NCBI GenBank assembly: GCA_045632345.1
Contig: JAZQWM010000082.1
Location: 26,220 to 90,219 of the forward strand
Reading direction: 5' to 3'
Source of the DNA: Eubacteriales bacterium
GTDB lineage: Bacteria; Bacillota; Clostridia; Oscillospirales; CAG-272
Length of the DNA: 64,000 nucleotides
This document shows, one piece after another, positions 17,831 to 27,807 of this stretch. Within the stretch, counting starts at the first letter, position 1; each line of letters starts with the position of its first letter. Both the position numbers and the translations under genes were made by a program. The notes below the pieces were generated by a model, which searched no databases, was not told the origin of the DNA, and worked only from the letters and a program-made list of their open reading frames with translations.

Positions 17831-18792
17831 TAGAATTTAATCTCCTTCATTAGCTTAATAAGATTATTAGCTATCATAATTGAGCCGTAGGTGCTTGGAT
17901 GTACGCCGTCGCTTAGCGTTACGTAGTCGTTTGGCATCATGTCCTTGCCGTCTGCTACATATGTGTTTTCGTATTTTAATGCTTCGCGCTTTATTACTGC
18001 TCTGCACCACTCAAATCTTTCCTCATTTAAGTCGCGTGTTCTGAAAAGCGGAGTCATAACAAGCTTTTTAACGCTTGGATAGATTTCGTTTAGTCTTTTA
18101 AAGTAGTCGCTTACTGCTTTTTCGTAATCGTAGTCATCTCTTTTTTCGTAGAAGTTAGTGCCAAGAGCTACTAAAATTCTATCAGGCTCAATTCCCTCAA
18201 CATTCATAAGATGTCCTGCCTCAAAGCGATATCCACCAATGCCCTGGTCAATAATATGGTACTTATATTCTCTATTTAAAATATTGATATAGGAAATGCT
18301 TGCAAACTCAGGTCCTGCTCCTTGAGTAATTGAGTCTCCATAAGCTAAAAGTGTTTTCTTGGTATTTTTAACTGTTTTGTAGTTACCGTCTATTGTGAAA
18401 TTCTTGATTTTAAATATGCTTTCATTTGGGAAGTAAATTGACACGTGCTTTTCGCCCGAAGGAAGTGTAAAATGCACGCTTCCCTTTAAATTTTCCTCTA
18501 TTTTATAGACACATAATAGCGTATTATCAATATAAAGGTCAACTGTGTTGGCTCTTGGGTGTGAGCATGATGCTATATAATCAAATGAAATATTTTCGCT
18601 ATCCGTTTTAAATTCAAGTCTGACTCCGCCTGTATATCTTGACCAGTTACGCCAGCCCCTATCAAAGGTATCTTGATTTATAAAATCTCTTTGGTTTTTG
18701 CCAAAGCGTGAAAATAATATATATCCGTTTTCCTTGGTGTAGCCAATTACACCTCTTGCAAATTTCATTAAAGTCTTTTCAGTAAGCTTCAT
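17830..18792 (-). CDS. SGNH/GDSL hydrolase (carbohydrate esterase-like) with N-terminal beta-sandwich domain
   Basis: GDSITQG block I and DGVHP block V motifs. GAGGTGG RBS favours ATG 18792 over the track start 18804. Confidence 0.85.
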   Translation of the reverse strand: MKLTEKTLMKFARGVIGYTKENGYILFSRFGKNQRDFINQDTFDRGWRNWSRYTGGVRLEFKTDSENISFDYIASCSHPRANTVDLYIDNTLLCVYKIEENLKGSVHFTLPSGEKHVSIYFPNESIFKIKNFTIDGNYKTVKNTKKTLLAYGDSITQGAGPEFASISYINILNREYKYHIIDQGIGGYRFEAGHLMNVEGIEPDRILVALGTNFYEKRDDYDYEKAVSDYFKRLNEIYPSVKKLVMTPLFRTRDLNEERFEWCRAVIKREALKYENTYVADGKDMMPNDYVTLSDGVHPSTYGSIMIANNLIKLMKEIKF

Positions 18793-18819
18793 AATCCACC
18801 TCATAATTGTGATAATTAA

Positions 18820-18848
18820 ATTTTACAATATATAAGCTGATATGTCAA
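18820..18848 (-). promoter_or_regulatory. putative promoter of the SGNH-GH78 operon
   Basis: Minus strand reads TTGACA-17 nt-TAAAAT. Confidence 0.65.
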
Positions 18849-18900
18849 TAGCAATATAGCCTTACAGCCATAAACGTTATTAAATCAACAACTAATCTAG

Positions 18901-18959
18901 CTACCCGCTAACGGCTGGCGTTGCCCTGCTGACCACTGACCACTGACCACTGACCACTC
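18901..18959. repeat. heptad tract, nine units in register, ending in perfect (ACTGACC)x4
   Basis: ctacc..ctaac..ctggc..tgccc..ctgac x4, core positions 18901, 08, 15, 22, 29, 36, 43, 50, 57. Confidence 0.95.
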
Positions 18960-18992
18960 AAAAAAAAGCACGGCTACATAGGTAGCCGTGCT
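18960..18992 (-). terminator. rho-independent terminator (minus strand)
   Basis: agcacggctac-atag-gtagccgtgct with an 8-nt A-run on the plus strand (T-run on minus). Confidence 0.85.
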
Positions 18993-18997
18993 TTACG

Positions 18998-20482
18998 TTA
19001 TTTCGCTGCTTTCATTGAGTGGTTGTAGCCGTAGATTTTGATATCTCCATTGTCATCAGGCTCAAGCTGATACATAGTATCTCTTGTGTTGGCAATAAGA
19101 CGGTAGAAATCGTCGCTTGCTGAGCAGATTGCAGAAAGGAGCAAGGAGCGGCCGGACTGCGCCTCGGACTCCTTATCGTCAAGAGCGCCAATTAAAAGGT
19201 ATAGAACGCCCATAGATTTCATCTTGCGCTTTACAAAACTTACCGCTTGCTGCTCAATCTCGCGGCAATCGTGCATCTTGGCAGTCTTTTCCTTATCTGA
19301 CACAAGGTGCATAAGACTACGGAGAGCGGAAAGCTTGGTTTGGCACTTGTTAAGCTCCTCTATGATTTGCTTTCTATATCTGTAATCGTTATCCTTGATT
19401 TCGCATTCAAGCTCAGGTAAAAGCTGTGAAAGTGTAGTCATTTCGTCGCCCTTACGGCGTGGGGACTTGTGGATTTCTGTCTTGATTGCATTTACAACCT
19501 TTTGCATTGAGGTCTTAACCGTATCGTCATACTTAGCGCCGGATGTGCTATCGGACTTCTTTGAATACTTAAAGAACTGTGGCTTATTAAGCTTGTTGCC
19601 GTTTGCGTCCTTGGTGGACTTATTACGGATAGCTTTAAGGATATCGCCGGACTTTACGCCGTAATCGCGCTTTGCTCTGTCAATTTCCATACCTGAAAGC
19701 ACCGCGAGCTTGCAGATTTCAAGGTATAAATCCTTATCGTCCTCTCCCTTTGAGAGCTTGTCCCAATAGATACTGTTAAGGAACTGGGAAAGGTTTACAA
19801 TTTTGCCTATCTTGTTGTCGGAAATATCGTTATTCATTTGATAGATAGGAAGATTCTTGGACTTGGATTCAGCGCCGCAGTATGGCACAAGGAACTTGTT
19901 ATAGCTCTTCTTAGCTTCCATATAGCATCTAAGCTCAGGGTCGTACTTAAAATAGCCCTCTAAAATTGATTCCTCACATGGACATTCTACCTTCTTGTAC
20001 TCGTAGGTATCCTCGCCAATTTTATATTCGTCCTTGCTCTTATATGGAACAACAATAGCAATTAGCTTGCCGTCTCTTATACAAACGTTGTCAACTAAGT
20101 CAGTTGCAAAGTCAATACGGTATCATGCGCGTAAATAAACGTAGCCTGTGTGGGACTTCTTTTTGTTGAATTCAAGTAAATCCTTGTCAAAGGTAACGTT
20201 GATAACTGAAAGAGTTGCGCCTGATTCATCGTTGCCAACTGCATAGGTGCCAATCTCAAACTTGCCGTTTATCTTTCTTTGTGCTTTAGCCTTTTCGTAC
20301 TCTTCCTTAAGAGCCTGAACCTCAAGACTGTTATATAGAAATGAATTGAAGCGCTTTAAGTCAAGCTCTCCATCCTCATTGTTAACCTTAAAGGAGCTGC
20401 CTGCTAATTCGAGCTCTACTAGCTCCTTAGCGTCGATTGTTAAAATTCTGTACTTTGGGATTTTCATTTTCTTTACTCTCAT
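18998..20482 (-). pseudogene. 495-codon reading frame interrupted by a single in-frame TGA (20123-20125); unknown function, mobile-element-like
   Basis: Codon-by-codon check shows that track ORFs 20123-20482 and 18998-19921, plus the 67 codons between them, share one frame with no other stop. AGGAG RBS sits before ATG 20482, and there is none before ATG 19921. Confidence 0.7.
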
Positions 20483-20536
20483 ACTTTCTCCTAAGATATT
20501 GTAATTATAGCATTAAATTTTAGGTATTGCAACAGA

Positions 20537-20833
20537 TTATGCTGCGCGTCTTTTCTTGGCGGTCTTGTGTAAAATCGTAAGACCGTACTCTTGTTCAATG
20601 TAGCGAATGTAGGATGGGAGCTTGTCAAAAACCTTTAAGATTGATTTGTTTCTGTTTGCTAGTGAGTGGTTGAATGGTTTGTCAAGGGAAACGCCGTTTT
20701 TGTAAAATTCGTAAACGTCCTTGGCAAATGACTGTGAAAACAAATAATGACTTTCTCTGCCTGCTTCAACGTAAAAGCTGAGTCTGCGGTTTAAATTTCT
20801 GTCTGTGGTTTCTTTGCAAAATACTCTTGTCAT
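20537..20833 (-). CDS. hypothetical small basic protein
   Basis: ORF with GAGGAAA RBS. An inverted repeat ctctatat...atatagag (20907-20931) lies in its upstream region. Confidence 0.6.
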   Translation of the reverse strand: MTRVFCKETTDRNLNRRLSFYVEAGRESHYLFSQSFAKDVYEFYKNGVSLDKPFNHSLANRNKSILKVFDKLPSYIRYIEQEYGLTILHKTAKKRRAA

Positions 20834-21002
20834 TTTCTTTTCCTCACTGTAATTTTTTGTTGATTTTTGTTGTCCGCACCCTGCGGGATATCATTACTAC
20901 TGTTAGGCTCTATATTATAATATTATATAGAGATACCCCATCTGTAAAAAAATTAGCATTTTTTGTATGCATTTGTAAGCGCTGCCATTTTTGTGCTTCT
21001 GA

Positions 21003-21037
21003 CAAAACAAAAAGGACCTAGTCAAGAGACTAGATCC
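21003..21037 (-). terminator. rho-independent terminator of the YfcC-family gene
   Basis: On the minus strand, ggatctagt...actaggtcc followed by TTTTTGTTTTG. Confidence 0.75.
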
Positions 21038-21051
21038 AATTATGTATTTAA

Positions 21052-22488
21052 TTAGTAATTTATTGCCACGGCGAAGAATAGTACGCCAAGACTCATTGCA
21101 AGAAGCGCTATCTGTAGCTTCCAAGTCCATTTTACCCACTTGGAGTAGGACACGTTGGAAATTGATAATGCAATAAGCAATATCGGGTTTGTTGGTAAAA
21201 TAACGTCGGTAAAGCCGTCTGCCATACAATATGCTAGGATTACCAATGACGGAGATAAGCCAAGCGCTGTTGTAATAGGCATAACTATTGGCATTACTAA
21301 AAAGATTTTAGCAGATGCTGAGCCGATAAACACTTGAAGTATTAAAATCAGCACATAAATCAATATTACTGCAATAAACGGATTTTTGCCGTTTAAAATG
21401 TTAATGGCGTAATGCATTATTGTGTCAATAATTCCGCTTTCCGTCATTACAAGCTTAACGGATGAAGCAAAGCCGATTAAAACAACCGCCGGAAGCATTG
21501 ACTGCGCGCCCTTTAATAAATGTGCGAACACGCTTTTTTTATCCTCGCTTACCATAAGTCCGCAAATAATACCGCCCACTAAAAAGCTTACTGCTAAAAT
21601 TGGGATTGCATATTCGGAAATGGCTCTTACAAACGCGATTGAAAGAAGCACTATTGCTTGGAAAATGAAGAATACCGAGTAAACTCTGAATTTTTTGCCT
21701 GCGCTCGCGTCCTCGCTTTGTAAATCTAGCTGAAGATTTTCCTTTTTAATAAGGTCAACCTCATAGCTTGGGGATAATTCGGGCTTTTTCTTAATTCTTC
21801 TTGAGTGAACTAGTAAGAATGCGCATAGCATTAAGTAAGTAATTACAAAGAATACTATTCTTAACCAAACGCCTCTTGACGTAGGCACGCCTGCAATTTG
21901 TGAAGCAAGACCTACGGAAAACGGGTTCGTAATAGCTGATGCAAATCCGAAGCAAGCGGCAGCTAGGCATGCGCCTAAGCCTATCATTGTATCCATGCCT
22001 AAGGAAAGCATAAACAGAATTACAATAGGGAGAAGCGTTGCAAGCTCCTCAAACATACCGAAGAAGCTGCCAAAGAGCATAAACACCAGTATGGTTATCA
22101 TGACAACAGCCTCGTTTCTTCCGCGAAGCTTACTCATGATTTTGCTAATGAACATTTTTATTCCGCCTGTTTTATCAAGCAGATTAAATACGCCGCTCAT
22201 AATAAGCAAAAATACGCTTATCATTATAATAGTTACAGCGTCCTCTGATGCAAACACGCGTACGGGAGCAGTTAAGATACGCCAAATGTCGATACCGTCA
22301 ACGTTGCCCTCAACGTATGTGCCAACTATAATATTTCCGTTTTCGTCCCTTGAAAACTCGCCCTGTGGAATAAAATAGGACAGCGCCCCGCAAATAATAA
22401 TCACGGCTGAAAGAACTATTAAAACCGTTATAAAGGACTTAGCTTCAATGGTTGAAAATGATTTTTGTTTGTCTTTTGTTTTTTTCAT
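21052..22488 (-). CDS. YfcC-family (DcuC-like) membrane transporter
   Basis: Multi-TM protein with the NPFSVGLASQIAGVP motif, resembling E. coli YfcC. Confidence 0.75.
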   Translation of the reverse strand: MKKTKDKQKSFSTIEAKSFITVLIVLSAVIIICGALSYFIPQGEFSRDENGNIIVGTYVEGNVDGIDIWRILTAPVRVFASEDAVTIIMISVFLLIMSGVFNLLDKTGGIKMFISKIMSKLRGRNEAVVMITILVFMLFGSFFGMFEELATLLPIVILFMLSLGMDTMIGLGACLAAACFGFASAITNPFSVGLASQIAGVPTSRGVWLRIVFFVITYLMLCAFLLVHSRRIKKKPELSPSYEVDLIKKENLQLDLQSEDASAGKKFRVYSVFFIFQAIVLLSIAFVRAISEYAIPILAVSFLVGGIICGLMVSEDKKSVFAHLLKGAQSMLPAVVLIGFASSVKLVMTESGIIDTIMHYAINILNGKNPFIAVILIYVLILILQVFIGSASAKIFLVMPIVMPITTALGLSPSLVILAYCMADGFTDVILPTNPILLIALSISNVSYSKWVKWTWKLQIALLAMSLGVLFFAVAINY

Positions 22489-22502
22489 ATATTACCCGAT
22501 TT

Positions 22503-24449
22503 TCACGCTTCAATTAAGCTATTTTCGTGTATGGAGTCGTATAAAAGCTTTGAGGTTATATACCATTCAACGCAGCTTCTCTTTTCCTCTGGAACGAAGT
22601 AATAAAGCTCGCTGCCGTAATATACCTCAAAATCCTCGCCTGCTGCAAAAAGAAGTCTATAAACCTTGCTAAGTGGGAATTGAATTTCAAATTCGTTTCC
22701 GTCCTTAGTGCCTGTGTAGGTAAGCCCGTCCTTATTTAATACGCACGTGCCATTTCCGCTATGGTGAAGCAGCGTACTGCCGTCAAATGACGGAAGCTTC
22801 AGCTCTACCTTGGATTTTATACAATAATCGACGTTTTTCGCAGTTGCCTCGTTAATATCCTCAGCAATCTTGTCGCATTGGTATTTATACCAATCAGCAA
22901 AGGTTTTAAAGTATTGGTTGTCCTCAAACTCGTATCTGTCATTTAAGGTTAATGATAAATCGCAGCTTTCACAAAATACTCTGCGTTTTTTAGTGCGAAT
23001 AGTATGTACTCCGCCGCATTTCGGGCATCTTACTAAGATGTTTTCAAGTCCCTCGGCAAGAGCTTTTGACTTATATTTAACCTCGGGATGAGCTTTTAAC
23101 CATTCAAAATCGTTATAGTACATGCGTTTTTCAACAGCATCCTTGATTTCAGTAACGGTCATTTCCTCAACCTGCTCCTTGGTTAAAAGGATGTCGATTT
23201 CCGCCTCGATATAGGACTTACGTCTTAAACCGTTACCCCACTTTGGACAAGCGAAATAGTCTCCGCTGATTTTTACCGCATAAATCGGCACGCCTGCTTT
23301 TTTAAGGAACGAGTACGTTCCGTCCTGAATATCCTCAAACTCTCCGATAGTGGAAAGCCTTGCCTCAGGCATCATAGCAAGCACGTCGCCGTTTTTTAGT
23401 ACTCTTAAGCAGTTCTTTGCGCTATCAAGGTCAGAGGTAAACATGCTCTTAGGGAAGCAGCCGCCTTTACGCATGATTTTAGCGTAAAGCTTTTTATAGA
23501 AATAAAGTCTTGCTACGATAAAGTTCGGTCTCTTTTTACGGATTAATGCTCCTGCAAAGAAGAAATCGTAAAATGAGCCGTGATTGCTTAATACGATTGA
23601 CGGATTGTCAATTTCTCTGCCAACCTTGTTTGTATATTTAACCTTAACGCCCTTTATGAACAGTATGATTTTTGATACGATATACGCAGTATCAATAACA
23701 AACGGCGAGCATTTTTGCACAATGGTTTTTGATGAATATTTAGTATCAAGAGCCTTGTTGATTTTTGCAAAAATGACTTCTCTTTTAAGCATTAAAATTG
23801 TAAGAAGCACAATCAGCAACAGGCAAACCGCAATAGAAATAATCCAGCTAACCGTTATTGCAATATGTCCAAGACCAACGCCGATACAAATTGAAGGTAA
23901 TGCGCCGATAACCGTAAGCGCCATATATCTAGGGAGCTTTACCTTTACGCTGGCGGCAAGGAAGCAAATCATACCGTAAGGTATGGCAGGTAAGAAATAT
24001 AGTGCAAATACTGCCAATACAATTTGCTTTGAGCTTGATGCTTTATCAAAATCAAGATGAATGTTTTTTACAAAATAGTGATGTATTCTGTTGCCGTAAA
24101 GCTTATACATTACGAAAATAAATAAATTTCCTAATATAACGCCTATGGTACAGCATAAAACGCCAATTGGGAAACCAAACGCAATTCCCGCAATAACCTG
24201 CACAGGCTCTGCCGGAAGAAACGGTAATACAACCTGAAGCATAGCTAAAATCGTTATGGTTACGTAGCCCTTAATACCGAATTTACTGAGCTTTTCGCGA
24301 AGCTCATCGTTATCCAAATTTTCATCTGCAAAGATGCTTCTAAGAATGTCTAAATTGTCTCCGGAAAAGAGAAAGACCATTAAAAGAACAAATATGATAA
24401 ATACGCCAAACAGGATAAGTATCTTATTTCTCCTTGCTTTATTTTTCAT
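22503..24449 (-). CDS. fusion protein: TVP38/TMEM64 (VTT/DedA-like) membrane domain + PlsC-type acyltransferase + C-terminal zinc-ribbon domain
   Basis: VTT-like LPFLPAEPVQVIAGIAFG, acyltransferase NHGSFYD (HX4D) motif, and CPKCGG...CESC. Confidence 0.75.
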   Translation of the reverse strand: MKNKARRNKILILFGVFIIFVLLMVFLFSGDNLDILRSIFADENLDNDELREKLSKFGIKGYVTITILAMLQVVLPFLPAEPVQVIAGIAFGFPIGVLCCTIGVILGNLFIFVMYKLYGNRIHHYFVKNIHLDFDKASSSKQIVLAVFALYFLPAIPYGMICFLAASVKVKLPRYMALTVIGALPSICIGVGLGHIAITVSWIISIAVCLLLIVLLTILMLKREVIFAKINKALDTKYSSKTIVQKCSPFVIDTAYIVSKIILFIKGVKVKYTNKVGREIDNPSIVLSNHGSFYDFFFAGALIRKKRPNFIVARLYFYKKLYAKIMRKGGCFPKSMFTSDLDSAKNCLRVLKNGDVLAMMPEARLSTIGEFEDIQDGTYSFLKKAGVPIYAVKISGDYFACPKWGNGLRRKSYIEAEIDILLTKEQVEEMTVTEIKDAVEKRMYYNDFEWLKAHPEVKYKSKALAEGLENILVRCPKCGGVHTIRTKKRRVFCESCDLSLTLNDRYEFEDNQYFKTFADWYKYQCDKIAEDINEATAKNVDYCIKSKVELKLPSFDGSTLLHHSGNGTCVLNKDGLTYTGTKDGNEFEIQFPLSKVYRLLFAAGEDFEVYYGSELYYFVPEEKRSCVEWYITSKLLYDSIHENSLIEA

Positions 24450-24755
24450 TATATATCTCTCACTTAGTAATTAAAATTATAGTTTAACGCACACGCGCTC
24501 GCACATATTATAACATATTAGGCATATTTTATCAAGAGGAAAATTATCTTGAAGGACTTAACCCCTGTCGGAATAATTTGCCATATTATGAAATTTTAGG
24601 ATTTTTTAGCTTTTTCAGCATGAAATTATTGGCTTTTTAAAGCTTAAAGCTATGGGGTTTTTCCATTTTACTTTTACGCGCCGTAGCAAATAATTATTGA
24701 CATTGCATAATAAAAATGTTATTATATACTTGTATTATTATGTAGTGAGGTATTT

Positions 24756-27266
24756 ATGAAAAAATTTACTCTATTAATTTTAGCGATTGTATGTGTTTTA
24801 GCATCAGTATTGCTTGTGTCATGTGGTAATACAAGCTCCGATACAACACAAACAAGATGCAAGCACGAATTTAAGGCTCCTGTTGTATTAAAAGAGCCAA
24901 GCTGCGCTGAGGACGGTTATGAATTTACAGAATGCCGTCTTTGTAACTATGGTACCGTAGAGGTTATCTATTCAACAAACGGCGGCCATAAGGTTGAGAA
25001 AATTCCTGCAGTTGAAGCAGACTGCTTTAACGAGGGTCTTTCCGAGGGCGAAAAATGCTCACTTTGTGGCGAAATCCTTAAGGGTCAGCTTCCAACAGGC
25101 TTAGTTTCACACGCTTATGCTGACGGAATTTGTATGATTTGCGGCTCTAACGCCAACAGCGACGGTATTGAATACGTTCTTAACTATGACAAAACATATT
25201 CAGTTAAGTCAATCGGTACCTGTAAGAGCGAAAACATCGTTATTCCTAGCGAATACGAGGGTGCAGCAGTTACTGCTATCTTAGACGGCGCATTCAAAAA
25301 CTGTAAGAACCTTAAATCAGTTGAGATTCCATCATCTGTAACAAAAATCGGTCAAGGTGCATTTGCAGGCTGTGCTAAGCTTGAAAAGCTCGTTCTTCCA
25401 TTTGTGGGCGGCAAGCTTAATATAGACGGCGTAGCTTCAAAATCTACACTTTTCGGCTACATCTTTGGCGAAGAAAAGGCTGACGGCTGCTACGGTGTAA
25501 AGCAATACATAACAAAGAGCGAGGGCTACACGGTATATATCCCTAACTCACTTAAAATTGTAAGAATTGACAACGCTTCATCCTTACCATATGGTACGTT
25601 CTACGGTGTAAAATCACTTACAAGCCTTGAAATCGGCGGTGATTTTTCTGTAATCGGCAACAGAGCCTTCTATGGCTGTACCTCTCTTGCGGAGCTATAT
25701 TTACCTGAATCAATTATGGAAATTGAGGGCTATGCATTTGGCAACTGCTCCGCATTAAAGACTGCTCCTGATATGTCCTTAGTTGAATCTCTTGGCGAAT
25801 ATGCATTCTATAACTGCTCATCACTTGAATCAATCGAGCTTGCAAGAGGCATTTACACTATCGGCACATATACGTTCTATAAATGCTCTGCTTTAACTGA
25901 GGTTTCATTACCAGACAGTATTCGCAAGATTGAGTCCTACGCTTTTGCTGCTTGCTCAAAGCTTGCTTCTATTACTCTTGGCGATAACGTAATTTCAATC
26001 GGCGAGGGTGCATTTACAAAGTGTACTGCTCTTACAAGCATTAATATTCCTGCTTCAGTTGAAACGTTAGAGGATAGCGTATTCAGCGGTTGTACTGCTC
26101 TTACGTCAGTTTCACTCAGCAGCGGAATTAAGGAGCTTGGCGATAGCTTATTCTATGGTTGCTCAGGCTTACAAACAATCGTAATTCCTGCAAGCGTAAC
26201 TGAGTTCGGTCAAGATATGTTTATTGGCTGTACTTCACTTAACGACCTTCAAATTGATGAAAACAACCCTGCATACTCATTTGAGGACGGCGTTTTATAT
26301 TCAAAGGACAAAAAGACACTTATTCTCTATATGCCAGGCAGAGAGGGTATCGTATTTGAAATTCCTTCAAACGTAGAAAAGATTGAAGCGTATGCATTCT
26401 ACGGCAACGAAACAATCAAGGAATTAACGGTTGGTAACAGCGTTAAGGAAATTGGCGAATACGCTTTTGCAAAATCAATGATTACAACTCTTGTATTCAA
26501 TGCAGATATGGACACAGTTCCTGCAAGAGCATTTAACAACTGCGAAAAGCTTGTATCAATCACTCTTGGCGAATCTATTGAGAAAATCGGCGATTATGCA
26601 TTCTATGGCGCAGGCTTCGAGGAAATCGTTTTACCTGAAAGCATAAAGGAAATCGGTAAATATTCATTTGCTAAAAACATAAACCTTAAATCTTTAACAA
26701 TCCCATCGAATGTAAAAACATTAGGCGAAGCATCATTCTATGCTTGTACTTCACTTGAAGAATTAGCTTTTGAAATCGGAGTACAAAAGATTGGTAAACA
26801 CGCATTTAACGGTTGTACAGGCTTAAAGAGTGTAGATTTAGGAGAGGGAGTGTCTGCGATTGAGGGTCAAGCATTCAGTGGTTGTACCGCACTTACAGAA
26901 ATTAATATCCCATCAAACGTTAAAACCTTAGGCGACGGTGTGTTTAACGCATGTACTGCACTTGAAAGCGTAACGTTTGGTGACGGAGTGCAAACAATTG
27001 GTAAGCAAGCATTCTACGGTTGCACAGGCTTAAAGAGTATCGTAATCGGCTCAGGCATAACCTCAATCGGTAGCTCTGCATTCAGCGGTTGTACAGCTTT
27101 AATGGAAATCTATATTCCCATTTCAGTAACTTCAATCGGCGATGGCGCATTCAATAAATGCCCAGAAACAGGCGAGATCAGATGTGAGGCTTCCGAAAAG
27201 CCATCAGGCTGGAGCGACAAGTGGAACTACTCCAAGCTTGGTGTTACTTGGGGCGTAATTGACTAA
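24756..27266 (+). CDS. BspA-type leucine-rich-repeat surface lipoprotein
   Basis: Lipobox LLVSCGN and more than 20 LRR units of the IGxxAFxGCxxLxxIxIP type. Confidence 0.9.
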   Translation: MKKFTLLILAIVCVLASVLLVSCGNTSSDTTQTRCKHEFKAPVVLKEPSCAEDGYEFTECRLCNYGTVEVIYSTNGGHKVEKIPAVEADCFNEGLSEGEKCSLCGEILKGQLPTGLVSHAYADGICMICGSNANSDGIEYVLNYDKTYSVKSIGTCKSENIVIPSEYEGAAVTAILDGAFKNCKNLKSVEIPSSVTKIGQGAFAGCAKLEKLVLPFVGGKLNIDGVASKSTLFGYIFGEEKADGCYGVKQYITKSEGYTVYIPNSLKIVRIDNASSLPYGTFYGVKSLTSLEIGGDFSVIGNRAFYGCTSLAELYLPESIMEIEGYAFGNCSALKTAPDMSLVESLGEYAFYNCSSLESIELARGIYTIGTYTFYKCSALTEVSLPDSIRKIESYAFAACSKLASITLGDNVISIGEGAFTKCTALTSINIPASVETLEDSVFSGCTALTSVSLSSGIKELGDSLFYGCSGLQTIVIPASVTEFGQDMFIGCTSLNDLQIDENNPAYSFEDGVLYSKDKKTLILYMPGREGIVFEIPSNVEKIEAYAFYGNETIKELTVGNSVKEIGEYAFAKSMITTLVFNADMDTVPARAFNNCEKLVSITLGESIEKIGDYAFYGAGFEEIVLPESIKEIGKYSFAKNINLKSLTIPSNVKTLGEASFYACTSLEELAFEIGVQKIGKHAFNGCTGLKSVDLGEGVSAIEGQAFSGCTALTEINIPSNVKTLGDGVFNACTALESVTFGDGVQTIGKQAFYGCTGLKSIVIGSGITSIGSSAFSGCTALMEIYIPISVTSIGDGAFNKCPETGEIRCEASEKPSGWSDKWNYSKLGVTWGVID

Positions 27267-27276
27267 TAAAGCATAA

Positions 27277-27303
27277 AAGGACTTACCTTCGTAAGTCCTT
27301 TTT
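27277..27303 (+). terminator. rho-independent terminator
   Basis: aaggacttac-cttc-gtaagtcctt followed by TTT. Confidence 0.75.
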
Positions 27304-27332
27304 AAATTAAGAAAGCAAGCTCTTTTTAATTT

Positions 27333-27357
27333 AAAAACCCCACGTCTGTGGGGTTTT
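27333..27357 (-). terminator. bidirectional terminator serving the ACT-domain gene
   Basis: AAAAA-ccccac-gtct-gtgggg-TTTT. Confidence 0.8.
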
Positions 27358-27362
27358 ATTAA

Positions 27363-27794
27363 TTATAGCTTTGCAATATCGCTATCAGTAATAAGTCTGA
27401 GTCCTGCATTTTGCAAAATTGCTTCTGCCTCTTCGTTTTCCTCAACTCTTAATACCACGTAAGCATGTCTTTCTGTACGAGCCATGAAAGCGTACATATA
27501 TTCAATATTGATGCTTGCTTCGTCAAGCGCTTTAAGTGCTGAGGTTAGCTTGCCAGGCTGGTCTCCTATTTTTACGCCAACTACGTTGATTGTTTTAATA
27601 AGGTAGCCAGCCGCTAAAAGAACCTCTTCAGCCTTTTTAGTATCGTTTACGATAAGTCTTAAAATACCGAACGCCTCTGTTTCTGCAATAGATAACGCTC
27701 TTAAATTGATATTGTTGTTTGCAAGGATTTCAGTTACTGAAGCAACTGTTCCCTTTTCATTTTGTACGAATACTGTTACTTGCTTAATTGCCAT
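27363..27794 (-). CDS. ACT domain-containing protein
   Basis: Two ACT-like halves. This is the typical partner gene downstream of PaaK-family ligases. Confidence 0.8.
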   Translation of the reverse strand: MAIKQVTVFVQNEKGTVASVTEILANNNINLRALSIAETEAFGILRLIVNDTKKAEEVLLAAGYLIKTINVVGVKIGDQPGKLTSALKALDEASINIEYMYAFMARTERHAYVVLRVEENEEAEAILQNAGLRLITDSDIAKL

Positions 27795-27807
27795 TTTAAT
27801 ATCCCCC

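Noticed and set aside
20123-20125. In-frame TGA as selenocysteine or genetic-code reassignment
   Set aside because: TGA terminates several well-defined genes in this window (for example 3087, 22503, 33933, 39451). I found no convincing SECIS-like hairpin immediately downstream, and the gene is not a known selenoprotein type.
21155-24000. Antisense ORFs inside the transporter, acyltransferase and SSS genes (for example 21422-21682, 21995-22378, 23584-23979, 29824-30270)
   Set aside because: They lie fully within strongly supported genes on the other strand. This is the typical shadow-ORF composition of membrane-protein genes, and there is no RBS.
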